Source of the DNA: Lepidodermella squamata
Taxonomy: Eukaryota > Animalia > Gastrotricha
DNA length: 64,000 nt
Direction of reading: 5' to 3'
Assembly (NCBI GenBank): GCA_047495785.1
Contig: JBLDXI010000034.1
Coordinates: forward strand, 682,001 to 746,000
The first letter of the stretch is position 1; each line of letters opens with the position of its first letter. Positions 11,830 to 24,830 of this stretch are shown here, in pieces. Below the pieces are notes generated by a model. The model saw only the letters and a program-made list of their open reading frames with translations. It had not been told where the DNA came from and made no database searches. A program made the translations under genes and the position numbers.

Positions 11830-12513
11830 TTTTCGATAATGTTTTAGAGCTTTTCACACCGCCACGCAATGTGCGTAACCTTTTGTACTCTTCAATGTTT
11901 GCGTTTTTGCCTCTATTCATGCAAAGCATACCTCTACCTGATGACGCGTTCACCTGGTTTTTTCATTACAATACGAGTTTGATGACGAAAGCGAAAATTG
12001 TTGGCTTCTGTTATAAGATACCAATACATATCATCATCACCACCAAGTGTTTACGGTTTATGTAAATGAGATGAGGATTTCAATTAGCTATTTACTATAC
12101 TGTCCAATGAATTAAAATGGCAATTGAGTGTTCTTGGGACTCAAAAAAACATCATGCCCTATCTGAGCTCGAAGACTTCGAGAGGTATCATTTTTTGTCC
12201 GAAAAAGGCCAGATTTACTGGACAATCGCCGATATGTGCTAGGGTAGAACCTAATCGCTTATCAGAGATCTCGGTCAGTATTCACGTTCTCGTAGTCCCA
12301 CATTCAACAGAGCAATCAAAGACGATTGATATGGGTAAAGAATTACTTATCGCACCAACAACACAACATACCTAGATTTCAGTAATTGCCTATTAAAGGT
12401 GTTGTTGCCTGATACATAAATTAACTCGTATCAGCGGCAATAAATACTCGAAGAATTTGCCGGTTTCGCGAGACAGAAAGCAGACATTTTTGTGACCTAT
12501 TTATTTGGAAAAA

Positions 12514-13578
12514 ATGGAAAAATCCTCAGCTCTAGCTCTTTGCGTCCTTGCTTTGGGCCTCATTGTAGGAGCCGCAGCTGTTTCTGAGAAGAATTTAGCA
12601 AAATATATCGAGTCAACGTATGCGCAAATTGGAAGATCTGGTCGTCCTGTTGTTGATCCGTAAGTGATTCAAGTCTCTCCACAATGTGAATTCACGCTCT
12701 ATTGTGTAGATCTCAAGCTATTCAAATCAACATTACAGTTCTGCTGAATCAAATTATCGACGAAGACGACGATTCTCTGACTATTGCTGTGTACCTTTTC
12801 ATGGTGAGATCATCTTAATTTGACCCGACTGAATGGAATCCTAAAATTGAAACATAGAAATGGCGCGATGAGTATATCAGCTGGGATCCTAACCAATACA
12901 ACGGCCAGACGTCTATTGTTTTGCCTATCGGTTCAATCTGGTAAATAAACGTTCGGGAGCTCATCTTATTTATGACATGTTGTCTTCTAGGAAACCTGAT
13001 GTCTTCATATGGAACGACTTCTACAACAACTGGGCCGATCAAAACCGTGAAATGGATGCTATCGATGTTTGGGTTTTCTACGACGGATCCATCGCCTGGA
13101 ACCCGACTGGTATCTATCGTGTTCTTTGTAACCCTGACAAAGGCTTCAAAACTCAGAAGGTTTCACCTTATTCCGCAATTTTTCGTTTTCACAGCATTTT
13201 CGATCTCTAGAATTGCACGTTCACATTTGGAAGCCTGACCCATAACATCAACGAAATGGATGTTATATTCGAGGGTGGCCTAGCCGATTTCAATATGACG
13301 GTTTTGATGCCGACCCCTGGTATTGATGTCGTGGCTCATTCAGCCCAGAAAGTCATCGCTGATTTCGATATTCCACGCTCTCATACCAAGTACTGGAACA
13401 TGAACTACAACTTGGGTGAGTGATATTTTCATTACATTGAGCGGGTTTCAATTTTTGAATTATTTTAGTTGTGAGTATCGACAAGGAGCTGTCTCCCGAT
13501 CGCAAAACGCTGAAAAGTGCTCAGAGCAATTACAGGCGGCCATTTTTCGCTATGCCACGAACCCAGACGTTCAACTGA
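12514..13578 (+). CDS. Soluble Cys-loop ligand-binding-domain-only protein (AChBP-like), 6 exons, ~268 aa
   Basis: Exons 12514-12659, 12710-12803, 12858-12940, 12991-13159, 13211-13415, 13469-13578 (807 nt, in frame, all GT-AG). Signal peptide, GRPVVDP, KWRDEYISWDP, IWKPDVFIWN, CNPDKGFKTQKNCTFTFGS. Stop follows a polar tail with no TM; AATAAA at ~13718. Confidence 0.88.
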
Positions 13579-13941
13579 TTCAACGATGACTAGTTATAAG
13601 GCGGATAAAGACAATGACCTTCTCATTAGTTATCGCGATGTTGACTGCTATTTTAGAAAATTATCTCTGTCTGCTACCGTAATGAGATAGTTTAGTTTAG
13701 GGCGTGACCAAGGAGAGAATAAAAGCAAATTGATACGCAAAGCAAACAACCATGCAAGCAATGCTGTAATTAATTTAACATGTCTTACTAAACTTTCAAA
13801 CTCTAATTCTTGGCGTATACAAAGGTGAAATCAACTTATCAATCCATCGATTTGCAATAAAGAAGAGGTTTGATGGCTTTCAAACTCCTCAGCTATGAAT
13901 ACTTTTAAGGTATTCTAAGATAATTGCTGCCATTATTTTAG

Positions 13942-16900
13942 ATGATTCTGACAAGAATGCTCCTAATAATGGCAATGCCATTCCTAAGCTGCACTTACAG
14001 CTTAATTCTCGATGGTGAGTTAAGCTGTATTTATGCGTTATGTTGTTCATGTTTTCCGTAAAAAGATTCGAATACGAGATCTTCATCCAATCGCGCTGGA
14101 AACAGCAAGTTTTAGTCATACCAGTTTTCAGCGAATTATGTTGAGTTAATATTAGTTTGCGCGAATGACGACGTGTGCTCTTTTGGGAGGTGTATCAATG
14201 GGTATTGTTACTGCGCCGAAGAACTCGGAGGCCCAACTTGCATTGAGGAAGGTAGCTGAGGCTCGTCGTCAGGTGTATTATTTCCATAGCTCGTTTTTTC
14301 TTGATAGATGGACCCGTTTGTTCTTCACCTGACAGTCCACTCGCCTCGACTTTCCCACCATGTGTTAGAGGCACGTGTGACGACTCTACTCGCAAATGCA
14401 AATGCGAAGACGGCTGGGTAGGACAATACTGCGAAAGTACGAGATATCAATTACTTCTATGTTCTAATTGATGCTAACGGGAGATCCGCATTGGAATTTA
14501 CAGCTGATCAAACTAGGCCCACAACAGAGAGACCACCTGAACAAGGCGACAGTAAGAAACTGCTTGATAAAGCTCGTAAATAATCCACTATCATCTTCTT
14601 AACTAGTTTGCGACAATACTGGAACTAAAAATTGTGCGCCGGCTGGTGTTTGTGTGAACGGCTACTGTTTCTGCCGAGAGGGCTATGGTGGAACAACTTG
14701 TGCTGACCCTGGCGGTGTCATGTGCCGGACATCTAAAGTTGCTAGTTCGCAAAAATCTCCGAGATGTCAAGGTACTGGCAGCAACTGCGTTGTTTCCGAA
14801 GAGAACGGTAAACAAACTAGTCGTTGCGACTGCGCTGGTGGCCGAACTGGTCGTTACTGCCAAGGTGAGTGAGGACTCTGTCTGACTCTGTCTCATCAAA
14901 GATACTGACTAAAATAGATGTGCCGGGAGAGCCTACATACCCAATACCAACAACAACGCCAAAGCCTGGCACTAGTAAATCCCCTTTTCATCTATATAAT
15001 CATGGCCAGTGTTCAATCTTTCTAGAGTGTACCACGGATAAAGATTGCCAAGATCGAGGCAAGTGCTCAAATGGATACTGTTATTGCAAGGAGCCCTATT
15101 CAGGCCCAGTTTGCGAGGCCCAAGGTGGGGAAGATAATGAGTAAAACTGATGCTCTTTTTTTTTTTAAATTGATTCTTCATAAGATACATATATTTGTCG
15201 GACGCCGGAAGTTGGCGAATCGGCCGAGGGCCCTTCGTGTCTCAATGATGGCAATTGCAAGGTTGTCAGCGGCAGTGGACCAACCACTAAAACCGAATGC
15301 GTTTGCTCACCTGGCTATAGCGGGCGATTTTGTGAAGGTATGTTCGAGCTTAAAAAGCAGAAAGCAGAAGTATAACGAAAATCAATGAAAAAACAAATAT
15401 CACCACCTTGTTGGAAAAAAGAGGTAGATTATGGTGATACACTGAGGCCCACAACCTGAACTCACCTGAAAATTATGAATCCATTATTCAGTGTTTCTTC
15501 AATCTCAAATATTTCCATACGTTTCTCCGAGATTCTTACTTGGTGCTTAGGAATTAAAGCTAAAGATTCTTTTTTTCTGCACAGTCGAGTCATCAGGACA
15601 TGGCAATAGTAAAGACGCATGGAAAATTCCACCGTCTAATGATAGATTTTCTTAGTTTGCACCAATGACCAGCAATGTTCCTTTGGGTATTGCACCAACG
15701 GCTACTGCTATTGCCCAGATGGACTCGGGGAAGTGAATTGCCTGGTGGCAGGTATAACGAAAAAGCTTTAATATCCACAATTTTTAACGATTGAATTGAT
15801 AACAACCAGATGGTCCCGTTTGTGCGTCACCGGAAAATCCGCTCTCTATGCAATACCCACCGTGTGCGCAAGGAACTTGCGATGACACGACTCGAAAATG
15901 CAAGTGTGACGACGGCTGGGTAGGGCAATACTGTCAAAGTAAGCGGTTTCAATCATCAAAATGGATAAATAAAAAAATACCTAAATATCGGAAATCCCCA
16001 GCCGATTCAACGAAACTCACAACAGTAAACACGCCTGAACCTGGAAAAAGTAATGCATTTCTTTAGGATCTCACAATGCACATAACTGTTCTTATAAATG
16101 AGCCAGTTTGCGACGAGAGCAGCAATTTATCTTGCGCTCAGAATGGCGTTTGTTTGAATGGTTACTGCTTCTGCAGAGATGGGTGGGGCGGATTAACTTG
16201 TGCTGAAGAGGGCGGTGTTATGTGCTGGACTTCTGAGGTTCCAAGTTCGCTTAATTCCCCGAAATGCCAAGGCTCCGGCAGTCAATGTGTTGTTTTCGAA
16301 TCGAACGGTAAACAAACAAGCCGATGCGAATGTGCTGGTGGCCGCTCAGGTCGATATTGCCAAGGTCAACTGACATTTCCTTCACTAGGGATAAATTCGT
16401 ATTTATTGTCACTTTTTATAGATGTTCCAGGTGAACCCCCGGTAACTATTCCAACAACAACGCCGAAACCTGGGAATAGTAAATTTAAAATCGATTAGTT
16501 TAGAAAGAATAATGTTTGATCATTTCAGAGTGCACAGCCAATACGGATTGCCAAAACGGAGGCACATGTTTTAACAAATATTGTTATTGCAAAGAACCTT
16601 ACTCTGGCCCCGTGTGCGAGGCCCAAAGTAAGAATGACAATCAGCATGAAGCTACCCTTGCATATCTCTCCTTACCAAGATACTTACATCTGCCGAACTC
16701 CAGACGTTGGGGAATCAGGTGACAGCCCTCCGTGTTTTAATGCTGGTACTTGCCAAGTGGTGAGTGGCAGTGGACCTACGGCGAAAACCGAATGCGTTTG
16801 TCCTAATGGGTTCAGCGGACGATATTGCGAAGGTAAGGGTGATCTAAAAAAATCGATATTTTCTAGAAGGAGATCATAGTTTTCTACGCACTTATTTGCT

Positions 16901-19900
16901 ACCTTCAAAAATTAAATACGCCCAATTAGCCCCCATGTGTAAGAAGGGTGACCAGATATGGGGCTGATTACAGGGATAGAAAGGAAGCAAGATTAATCAA
17001 ATTTACTCAGGAGTAAAAGTCACCTTCTTGTAAGGTTTTTCAATTAAATATTCCCGAAGGTTTTATGGGATCATGGGATCTGAACATACGCAGTCGATTC
17101 ATTGTACCCTGTTACTATCCCCTTTTTCCCTGAAGACTTAAACCAGATAACAGTAAAAGATCCGGAGCTTAATACTTTTAATGAAATAGAGCCAGCGACG
17201 GAAGAACCTGTGTTTACAACCGTGGCTGAACCTGAGGTTACCATCTGGGAACAGACTACTGCAGCTGAAACAGAGGTGACCACTGGGGATCAGATCACAA
17301 CGGCAGACGAACCAGAAACTACAACTACTAGGAAACCAAATGGACATGGCGCGAGTAAGAACGCATGGAGAATCAAACCGCCTAATTATAGCTTTTCTTA
17401 GTTTGCACCAATGACCAGCAATGTAACTCTGGGAATTGCATCAACGGTTATTGCTACTGTCCAGAAGGACTAGGGGATGTGAATTGCCTAGTTGCGAGTA
17501 AGCTTGATTACCTGAATTTTAAATTATTAAATAATCATATTTCAATGAGATGGTCCGGTTTGTGCGACACCTGTGAGCCCTCTCGAGTCCGTTTATCCCC
17601 CTTGCGAGACAGGAACTTGTGATGACATAACTCGAAAATGCGTGTGCGACGACGGTTGGGTAGGGCAATACTGTCAAAGTATGTGGTTTTTATCATCAAA
17701 ATTCATGGACAACAATAAAAAAATTTACAGCCAATACGTCGAAACCCACAACAGTCCAACCACCTGCGCCTGGAGATGGTGATGCATCTCGTTTGAGATC
17801 TTGTACTTTAATCGGCTAGCTTTTAAATCAGTTTGCGACGAGAGCCAGAACAAATTCTGCGCTCCAACTGGTGTTTGTGTAAATGGTTTCTGCTTCTGCA
17901 GAGAGGGTTGGGGCGGAACAATGTGTGCAGAAGAGGGTGGTGTCATGTGCCGGGCAGTAGAGGTTCCGAGTTCGTTTAAATCCCCGAAATGTCAAGGCTC
18001 GGGTAGTCAATGTGTCGTGTTCGAATCGAACGGTAAACAAACCAGCCGATGCGAATGTGCTAATGGCCGCACCGGTCGATATTGCCAAGGTCAGCATAAT
18101 CAGTTGACCTAACATGGATAGGTTTTCATTGCTAATAATTTGCGGTAGATGTTGAAGGTGAACCGCCAGTGCCTACTACTACGCTGAAACCTGGAAACAG
18201 TAATAACAACATAAATTCTCCGATCTGATCTAATATATATGCTATTAATTAAGAATGTAAAACTGATACGGACTGCCAAGATCGAGGCGTGTGTTCCAGT
18301 GGGTACTGTCATTGCAAGGCACCTTATTCTGGCCCTTCGTGCGGAGAACAAGGTATGTATTTCTTTGATGAGAATAAGCGATTACGATAAGCATTTCTTG
18401 TTTCAGACACACTAGTATGCCGCGCTTCGACGATCCCAGAGTCGGGCGACAATCCTCCCTGCTACAACGGTGGGACATGCATAGTGAAAAGTGGTAGTGG
18501 CATCAACGCTAAGACAGAATGTCAATGTCCTTCCGGCTTCAGTGGCCGATTTTGCCAAGGTACGTCGAGGGCGATTATACTAGTGGATATTTGCGCGATA
18601 TTTAACCCATCTCAGTGGAATTCTTAAGTCTTAAGTCCAGAAAGAATGTGGTCCTAAGTCATAATTAGACCAAGATAGTGTGTCGAAAGGAAAGGCAATG
18701 AAAATGAAATTAGAACAATAAAAAGTCACATAGACCTTTTTATTCAATTAACAAATCCATAGAGCGAAGTAGGAACCCCAGGAACAGATTACGAAAATCG
18801 ACGTAAGGGTCCCCCTTTGGTCTTTGACTGAACCTTGAGGAAATTTCAAACTGGTGGGGATGATCCATCTACCTTCCCTAGCTGTACTTAGCTCTCTGAA
18901 CAAATCAGCCCAGTCTCGATCATCAGGATGGTGGGGGAAATAGAGATGTATCGAACGACGCAGGCGAGCTTCTGCAAAAACGACACCAAAAGAGCATCGG
19001 GCGCATGTCATTTGCAACGACCAGGCGCTCGGAGCCCATGCGTTGAAATGGCCCTTTGAATAACCCTTTGCATTTGCAGAACAGGAGGCTACAACAGCGG
19101 TGGAACCTGAGGCTACAACTGTTGAAGAACCTGAAGCTACAACAACGGCGGAACCTGGAGCTGCAACGGTCGAAGAAACTGAAGCTACAACGGCGGCGGA
19201 ACCTGAAGCTGCAACGGTCGAAGAAACTAAAGCTACAACAACGGCGGAACCTGGAGCTACAACGGTCGAAGAAACTGAGGCTACAACGACGGCAGAACCT
19301 GAAGCTACTACGGTCGAAAAAACAGAAGCTACAACTGCAGGGGAAGCAGAATTTACAACTTCAGTAGAAGCCAGGACTACAACTGCAGAGGAATCAGAGG
19401 CTACAACAGAATTAACCACGCTAGGCGAACCGGATTTTACAACATCTGCAAAACTTAATGATGCAACTACGACAGTGGTTACTGATCCTGAACAATCGAC
19501 AGCAGCTCCTGGCCAGACCACATCGGCGGCTATTGAAATCGTCATATGTGAGTTTATTAACTAACTATTCGGTTGTCTCTCTATTGCAATGATTTTTTGA
19601 ATCAGCATGGTGTTTGAAGCTTTATCATAATAATTTAGCGCTATTTTTCCTTCAATCGAATTCTATGTATATATCTTTTTCTGAAAAGCTCTTAAAATCA
19701 CATGATGGTAGGTATTTTAGTAGTCTGCCGTTTGAAGTTTAATCTTTTCCGCAGTTGCCTAATTTCCTTGGTGTTTTCTCGGGAAATGGTACTGGTATGA
19801 GTAAAGTAAATCTATCGTTGTTAATGTTACTCTAACAAGAACATGGTATTAGTTTTAGCTTCTTGTAAAAGCTGATAGTGTACCTTTGTCATAATAACTA

Positions 19901-20911
19901 ATTTCGCGAACTATATATTTTAGACATATCAGCGCAGCTAGCGACTAATCAAATCGTCATAGACGGAAAGCAAATCAAATGGCAGGTCGACATGGCAGAC
20001 ACATCATCTCAAGCCTTCATCGCTGTTAGCAAAATTTTCGAATCTCAAATCGAAGAAATTCTGCTAATCGCCGAGCTCCAACCAATTGATGTTTCAGTTA
20101 CTGAGTTGAGGTTATAATTATTTCGTAGCTTTAAATGTCATCTCAAGCTTCTCCCTTTTTAATCAGAGCGTACAGAATGAATTATTTCAGCAGAGCCGAT
20201 GAAGGCATTAAGGCTTACTACAGAGCTCGCGTGCTTGACGTGCGAAATGCCTATGTTTTAAATGGAAAGGTTGACAAAGCGTTACTCCGATCCTCGATCG
20301 ATGCAGCTAGCGAAGCTCACAAGGCAAGTGATTCATTCAAAATCACTTTTGGCGAAGATGGACAAATTTTGTATCATGATGTCGATAATGCAATAATTAT
20401 TGGTAAGTACTGTTGTTACATTTATCCACTTCTAAAGTTGTAATCCTTGCAGTTCAACCGACCACCGAGCCTAACCCGGTTCTTGAAAGCTGGGAAATCG
20501 CTCTAATTGCTGTTTTCGGCGTTGCGTTTCTTGCCATCGCTGCGGGAGCTGCAGTTTTCTACCTGAGAAAGCGGCGGAAGCTTGAATCAAAGTCGCATGA
20601 TGAAGGGCAAGATCAAGCGATGACTGAATTTGCGGCACCAAAAGCCATTGATCAGGTGAAGGATGACGATCAAGGAGTGGCTACTCCGATGACTTATGCA
20701 GTAACCCCTGCTCCGGAGTACGGAAAGGTATCTGCCAATGAAATATTGCAAGCACCGGTAATTAATCCGAAACCTACTCAGCCAAGGTTCATTTATAAGA
20801 AGTGTTTTTTTCCAGATTTACGATGCGCCTGGTGATTATTTACGTTTCAATCCTGGAGTAAATCTATACGCCCAAATGTATCGCGATTCGTTACCGCAGA
20901 CAGAATTTTAA
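13942..20911 (+). CDS. EGF-mucin-SEA-TM protein A (3 tandem cassettes of ~6 EGF-like modules, short EPEATT mucin, SEA-like domain, TM, tail)
   Basis: Signal MILTRMLLIMAMPFLSC; cassettes at ~14156-15337, ~15585-16832 and ~17402-18559; mucin exon ~19080-19547; SEA-like WQVDMADTSSQAF; TM WEIALIAVFGVAFLAIAAGAAVFYL; last exon ends ...LPQTEF*. Confidence 0.88.
18760..18895. mobile_element. Short MITE-like element, copy 1 (intronic)
   Basis: Imperfect inverted termini agagcgaagta / tacttagctct; internal taagggtccccc shared with the copy at 27418-27560 and with 52531. Confidence 0.45.
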
Positions 20912-21049
20912 GAATGCTAAGTGGCTGTCAAATGTGATTGATATTTTTCTGTTCTCTGTCGCATTACAGCTTTAAGTGAAGTGAAATAACAATATTGCTA
21001 TAGCCACATCGTTTCAATAAAATTGGTCAGTATCTCCGTTATCAAATCC

Positions 21050-21410
21050 TTAGTTTACCGGATTTGGTGGAGCCCATAATATCGTCTGAAAAGTCATGGT
21101 GAATCGATGATATTTCTGATTTACCCCATTGAATCCTAGGCTTATTATCGGAAAAATTTCAAATTCGGAATCCTGAACTCCTAAACATTGCAATTTCATA
21201 ATAGCGAACTCCAATAGCACGGTGCTTTCTCGATTGCTGCACAGGGTCGGGGTCCAGACTTGTGAAATAATCGCGGGAAACAGTTATCGATGGATTTGCG
21301 TTTTTTGTTTGGAACAGATGGTTCCACGCGACAGCTGTGAGTCCAAAAAGCGTTGCAATCAAAGAGGTTGTGTTGATAACGAGTGCAGTTATCGAGGGAG
21401 CACTTCATAA
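21050..21410 (-). pseudogene. Decayed Cys-loop ligand-binding-domain remnant (tentative)
   Basis: Frameshifted pieces NAFWTHSC (compare DFTWQHPC), ISQVWTPTL (WxP motif) and KYHRFTMTF (beta10-like); ~21136-21210 is duplicated at ~24147-24220. Confidence 0.4.
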
Positions 21411-21529
21411 CGGAAATCTTTCTGCTGTGCGCGAAGTAAAAATGGTCATCCCTTAGCTACATTTTGTTTCATTAATTATTCAAATTTGTTGGATAACAAA
21501 AAAAAGAATTACGCGCAAAAGGTGGCTGT

Positions 21530-21780
21530 TTGGGTAAGCCACCCGAACATCGGGATCGACCTGGCTTCTGGCTGAGTTACACCCTGACCATCATGGGCGT
21601 CCGAACGGTGACCCGGTGCATTTGTACCATCACCGCCCTAGTCCCGTGCCAACTGGTGCAAAGCTCGACGTTCAATAGTCGGAAATTCGTACTGTTCGGA
21701 ATGAAATTCTGATGCTAGAACTGATTTTCTTCGTCTGCCTCCTGCTAGCAGTCATAATCATGGTTGGCATCAGTTAAACT
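21530..21780 (+). pseudogene. Fragment of the M1-M4 region paralogous to the 22189-23530 Cys-loop gene
   Basis: ccacccgaaca..gatcg.cctgg.ttct, tacaccctga..atgggcgt, tgcatttg.accatc match 23218-23400, with an internal deletion of M2-M3 and stops. Confidence 0.8.
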
Positions 21781-22188
21781 ATGCGAAGAACCGTCACTGA
21801 TGGATTTATAGGTCTGATATTGACACGATAGCCTTCAGATCGCTGCCAAAGTTTCAGAAACAAAATGGAAACATTGGCTATATCGATTTCTTACGATTGT
21901 TTTTTGAGCCAAAATCGAGTGTCATTTTGTCGTGGCAAAATAGGTAATGTTGTTCGAGTAAAATGCTAACCGGATTCTAAGAATCTGCAGTAAAAATCTC
22001 TGGAAATGTGAAATCCTGAATAAATAAAAGAATTTTCGGGTTTTGAATATTACGCATGCTTATATATTAGAGTAAACTGCAAACTGCTTGCTAGTGAATT
22101 ATATAACATTAGCTAACACCCGTCTTGCTGACACCGAGCTGTTATTTTACGAAAAATGCACGTAGAAACAAATCAGTTGCTTAATGTC

Positions 22189-23530
22189 ATGTGGTTGATT
22201 CGAAGTCTGACAGCGTTCGTCGTACTCATTCTCGTAACAACTACAATATCTCAGAGCGAAGACAACTCGCTACAAAGTAGTTACTGGCCCCCAGGCGAAG
22301 AATTCACGCAGTCGCTGATAACACGGTGCCATTTGAAGACGAAAACGCGCCCGTCGATAGATTTCGACGATGCGACGAACGTCACCGTCGACGCGTACCC
22401 GTATCGCTTCACCGGAATTTTCGACAAGGAGCAAACGTGAGTTGATGTCGCACTTTGTTGACACGCGGTTGACATTCTTTCTAGGTACTCGATTATGATG
22501 CAGATCGATTTCACGTGGCAGCACCCGTGTTCTCATTGGAGCGCAAATGAAAGCAGGCTTGCAGTGTTCGTACTTCGGAATGCTGGTATCCGAGGGTTCA
22601 GCATATCAACGCGAACGACGATTACTCGAAGCCATCCAAGTAAGAGCTTTGCCTGGTTTTATAGAAATTAGAAACTAGAAAAAAATTGAATCGGTTTCTT
22701 TTACATTGCCATCTTTTTTACGTACTTGTATTTTCTCAGCGTGATAGAACCATTCGGCAAGCTCTACGTCGACAGTACAGGCATGATAATGCTGGCTGTA
22801 GTTTTTGAACTCAACTCATTCTGCCCTTTGAAGTTTTCCACCCGAAATGTCGTAGTTTCCTATTTTACGCAATTTCTGCTTTTCAGATTGGAGAAATTTC
22901 CATTCGACACTCAACACTGCCGCGTGGTAATCGAATCATGGTACGCCGCTACGGATGTTCGTTTCCAACTGCCGGCCAACCAGAGCAATCTCGACGACAG
23001 GATCGGCGTCGATTTCCTGTCAGCCAATGACATTTGGCAGTTGATCGAAACTAACGCAAGTGTTGTTGTGTTCACATTCAGCGGTGACGCAACAAACACG
23101 AAGCTTTACCGGGCCGTCTACGAGTTCACGTACCGCCGCAAGTCAGCTTCTTACATCATGAGCATTTTCCTGCCCAGTTTTGCCCTTTTGTCGCTAATGC
23201 TGGCGGTTTGGGTGATGCCACCCGAACACCCTGATCGTCCTGGGTTCTGTATGACTGTCGTCCTCTCATACACCGTTCTACAGTCAATCGTATCCGATTC
23301 TCTGCCGACATCTTCCGAGTTAGGCTACACCCTGATTTTCATGGGCGTGCAAATGGTGACCGGGTGCATTTGCACCATCTACGCTCTTGTTACGTGCCGA
23401 AAGGAGGAAAATTCCTCTGCGAGTCATGAAAATTAGTCTTCTCCGTTTTATTGACCTGCTTTTCTTTCTCTCACTGCTGGTAGCGATAGCGATCATGGAT
23501 GGCGTTATTTTCTTCAATATGTTGTCATAA
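22189..23530 (+). pseudogene. Divergent Cys-loop channel subunit with two frameshifts
   Basis: Signal peptide, TRP, DKEQT, spliced CPLK|LEKFPFDTQHC, RRKSASY, MPPEHPDR, M1-M3. One frameshift near 22557 (ESRL vs CSVRTSECWYPRV) and one near 23425 (SHEN* vs MKISLLRFIDLLFF, M4), with no introns available to rescue either. Confidence 0.75.
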
Positions 23531-23668
23531 TTCGCTGATAAAACGCTTTATACGCGAGTCTATACGTTCCAATCAGAATAATATCTATATATTATCTGTA
23601 ATTTCTCGGAATCTAGACTATCAATGAATAAGAGAATAAGCAAGCTGTTTTTATTTGTCGAAAAATAA

Positions 23669-23870
23669 GCATAGCGCAGCCACTTTTTACCGTAGCAGAG
23701 AAAATCGCACAATAGAGGAATTACCTGACCAAGAGGGCACACTTTTTGGGCAGATAATTTGTTTCCAAAATAAGACTATTCGTCGAAAAATCCATTCGCG
23801 TTCCATTATTCAATTTACGGGCTCTATTGTGAGATTTTCTCCACCTCGGTAAAAAGTGGCTTCGCTATGC
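23669..23870. mobile_element. MITE-like fold-back (~200 bp)
   Basis: ~48-bp imperfect inverted repeats: gcatagcgcagccactttttaccg...aatagag / ctctattg...cggtaaaaagtggcttcgctatgc. Confidence 0.65.
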
Positions 23871-24519
23871 AGTAATTTCAGGCACCGGCCACAAGTGAGA
23901 GCGGCAAATCAAAAAATTGGACGTAATGGTGGGGTCTGGCTGGGTTCACGGATGTTTTTGCACACAGAGAAATATACAGGAAGAAATAAATAAAATATTT
24001 TAATTTATAATACATACAATACACATGTATGAACCTTCTTGGCGCCTTAGCCATAATCATAATTGCATCTCGAGATCGAAAAGTCAAACAACATCAGTTC
24101 AAACTTGTAGAATCAGATGACAGCTCGGTAGATATCAGGTAGAATCGTAGGCTTATTATCGGAAAATATTCAGATTCAGAATCCTGAACCCCTAAACATT
24201 GCAATTTCATTGTAGCGAACTACTTTAAGCTTTGTTGTTTATGAAACGTAACGCATTTATTCGAATTCCAACGTTTCGGTTATACTCGATAACCATCTTC
24301 AGGGATTAGTAAGGAAATTAAATCGAAATTTGAAATTTAATAAGCTTTAATGGTTATTACAACAGAGGCCGTTTTTCACAAGGCTGGTTTTAGGGTATTT
24401 TCAGCAAATCGTATCTTTGCGTCCTTTCCTTGGTCTTGGCTTTTAGAGGCCTCATGATGAAAGTAGTCCTATTACTCAAAACTGGTTTCTATTCTTATTG
24501 TGGAACTTAGAAATAGCGT

Positions 24520-24830
24520 GACAAGTACTTATATCAGCTGGGATCCAAAGCGGATTCAACTGGGATTCAACTGCGAGACGTCAATTGTTCTACCTGGTAT
24601 GATCTGGTAAAATTGAGTTTGAAAGATAATTTTTCATTTAGTGATTCTGTGTGGGCTAGGAAACCTGACGTCTTCATATGGAACGACTATAAGGGCTTCA
24701 AATTCAAAATGTATAGAAATGTTTATTAATTTTCCGCTTTTACACCATTTTTCGATCCAGAATTGTCCGCTCACATTTGGAAATTTGGCCCACAATAGTA
24801 TCAGCGAAATGGATGTAATATTCGATGACA
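24520..24830 (+). pseudogene. Decayed paralog of the AChBP-like gene
   Basis: tatatcagctgggatcc, gacgtc.attgtt, tctg|gtaa...ag|gaaacctga.gtcttcatatggaacgact, ggcttcaaa, ag|aattg...cacatttggaa and gaaatggatgt.atattcga match exons 3-5 of 12514-13578, introns included; most of exon 4 is deleted. Confidence 0.85.
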
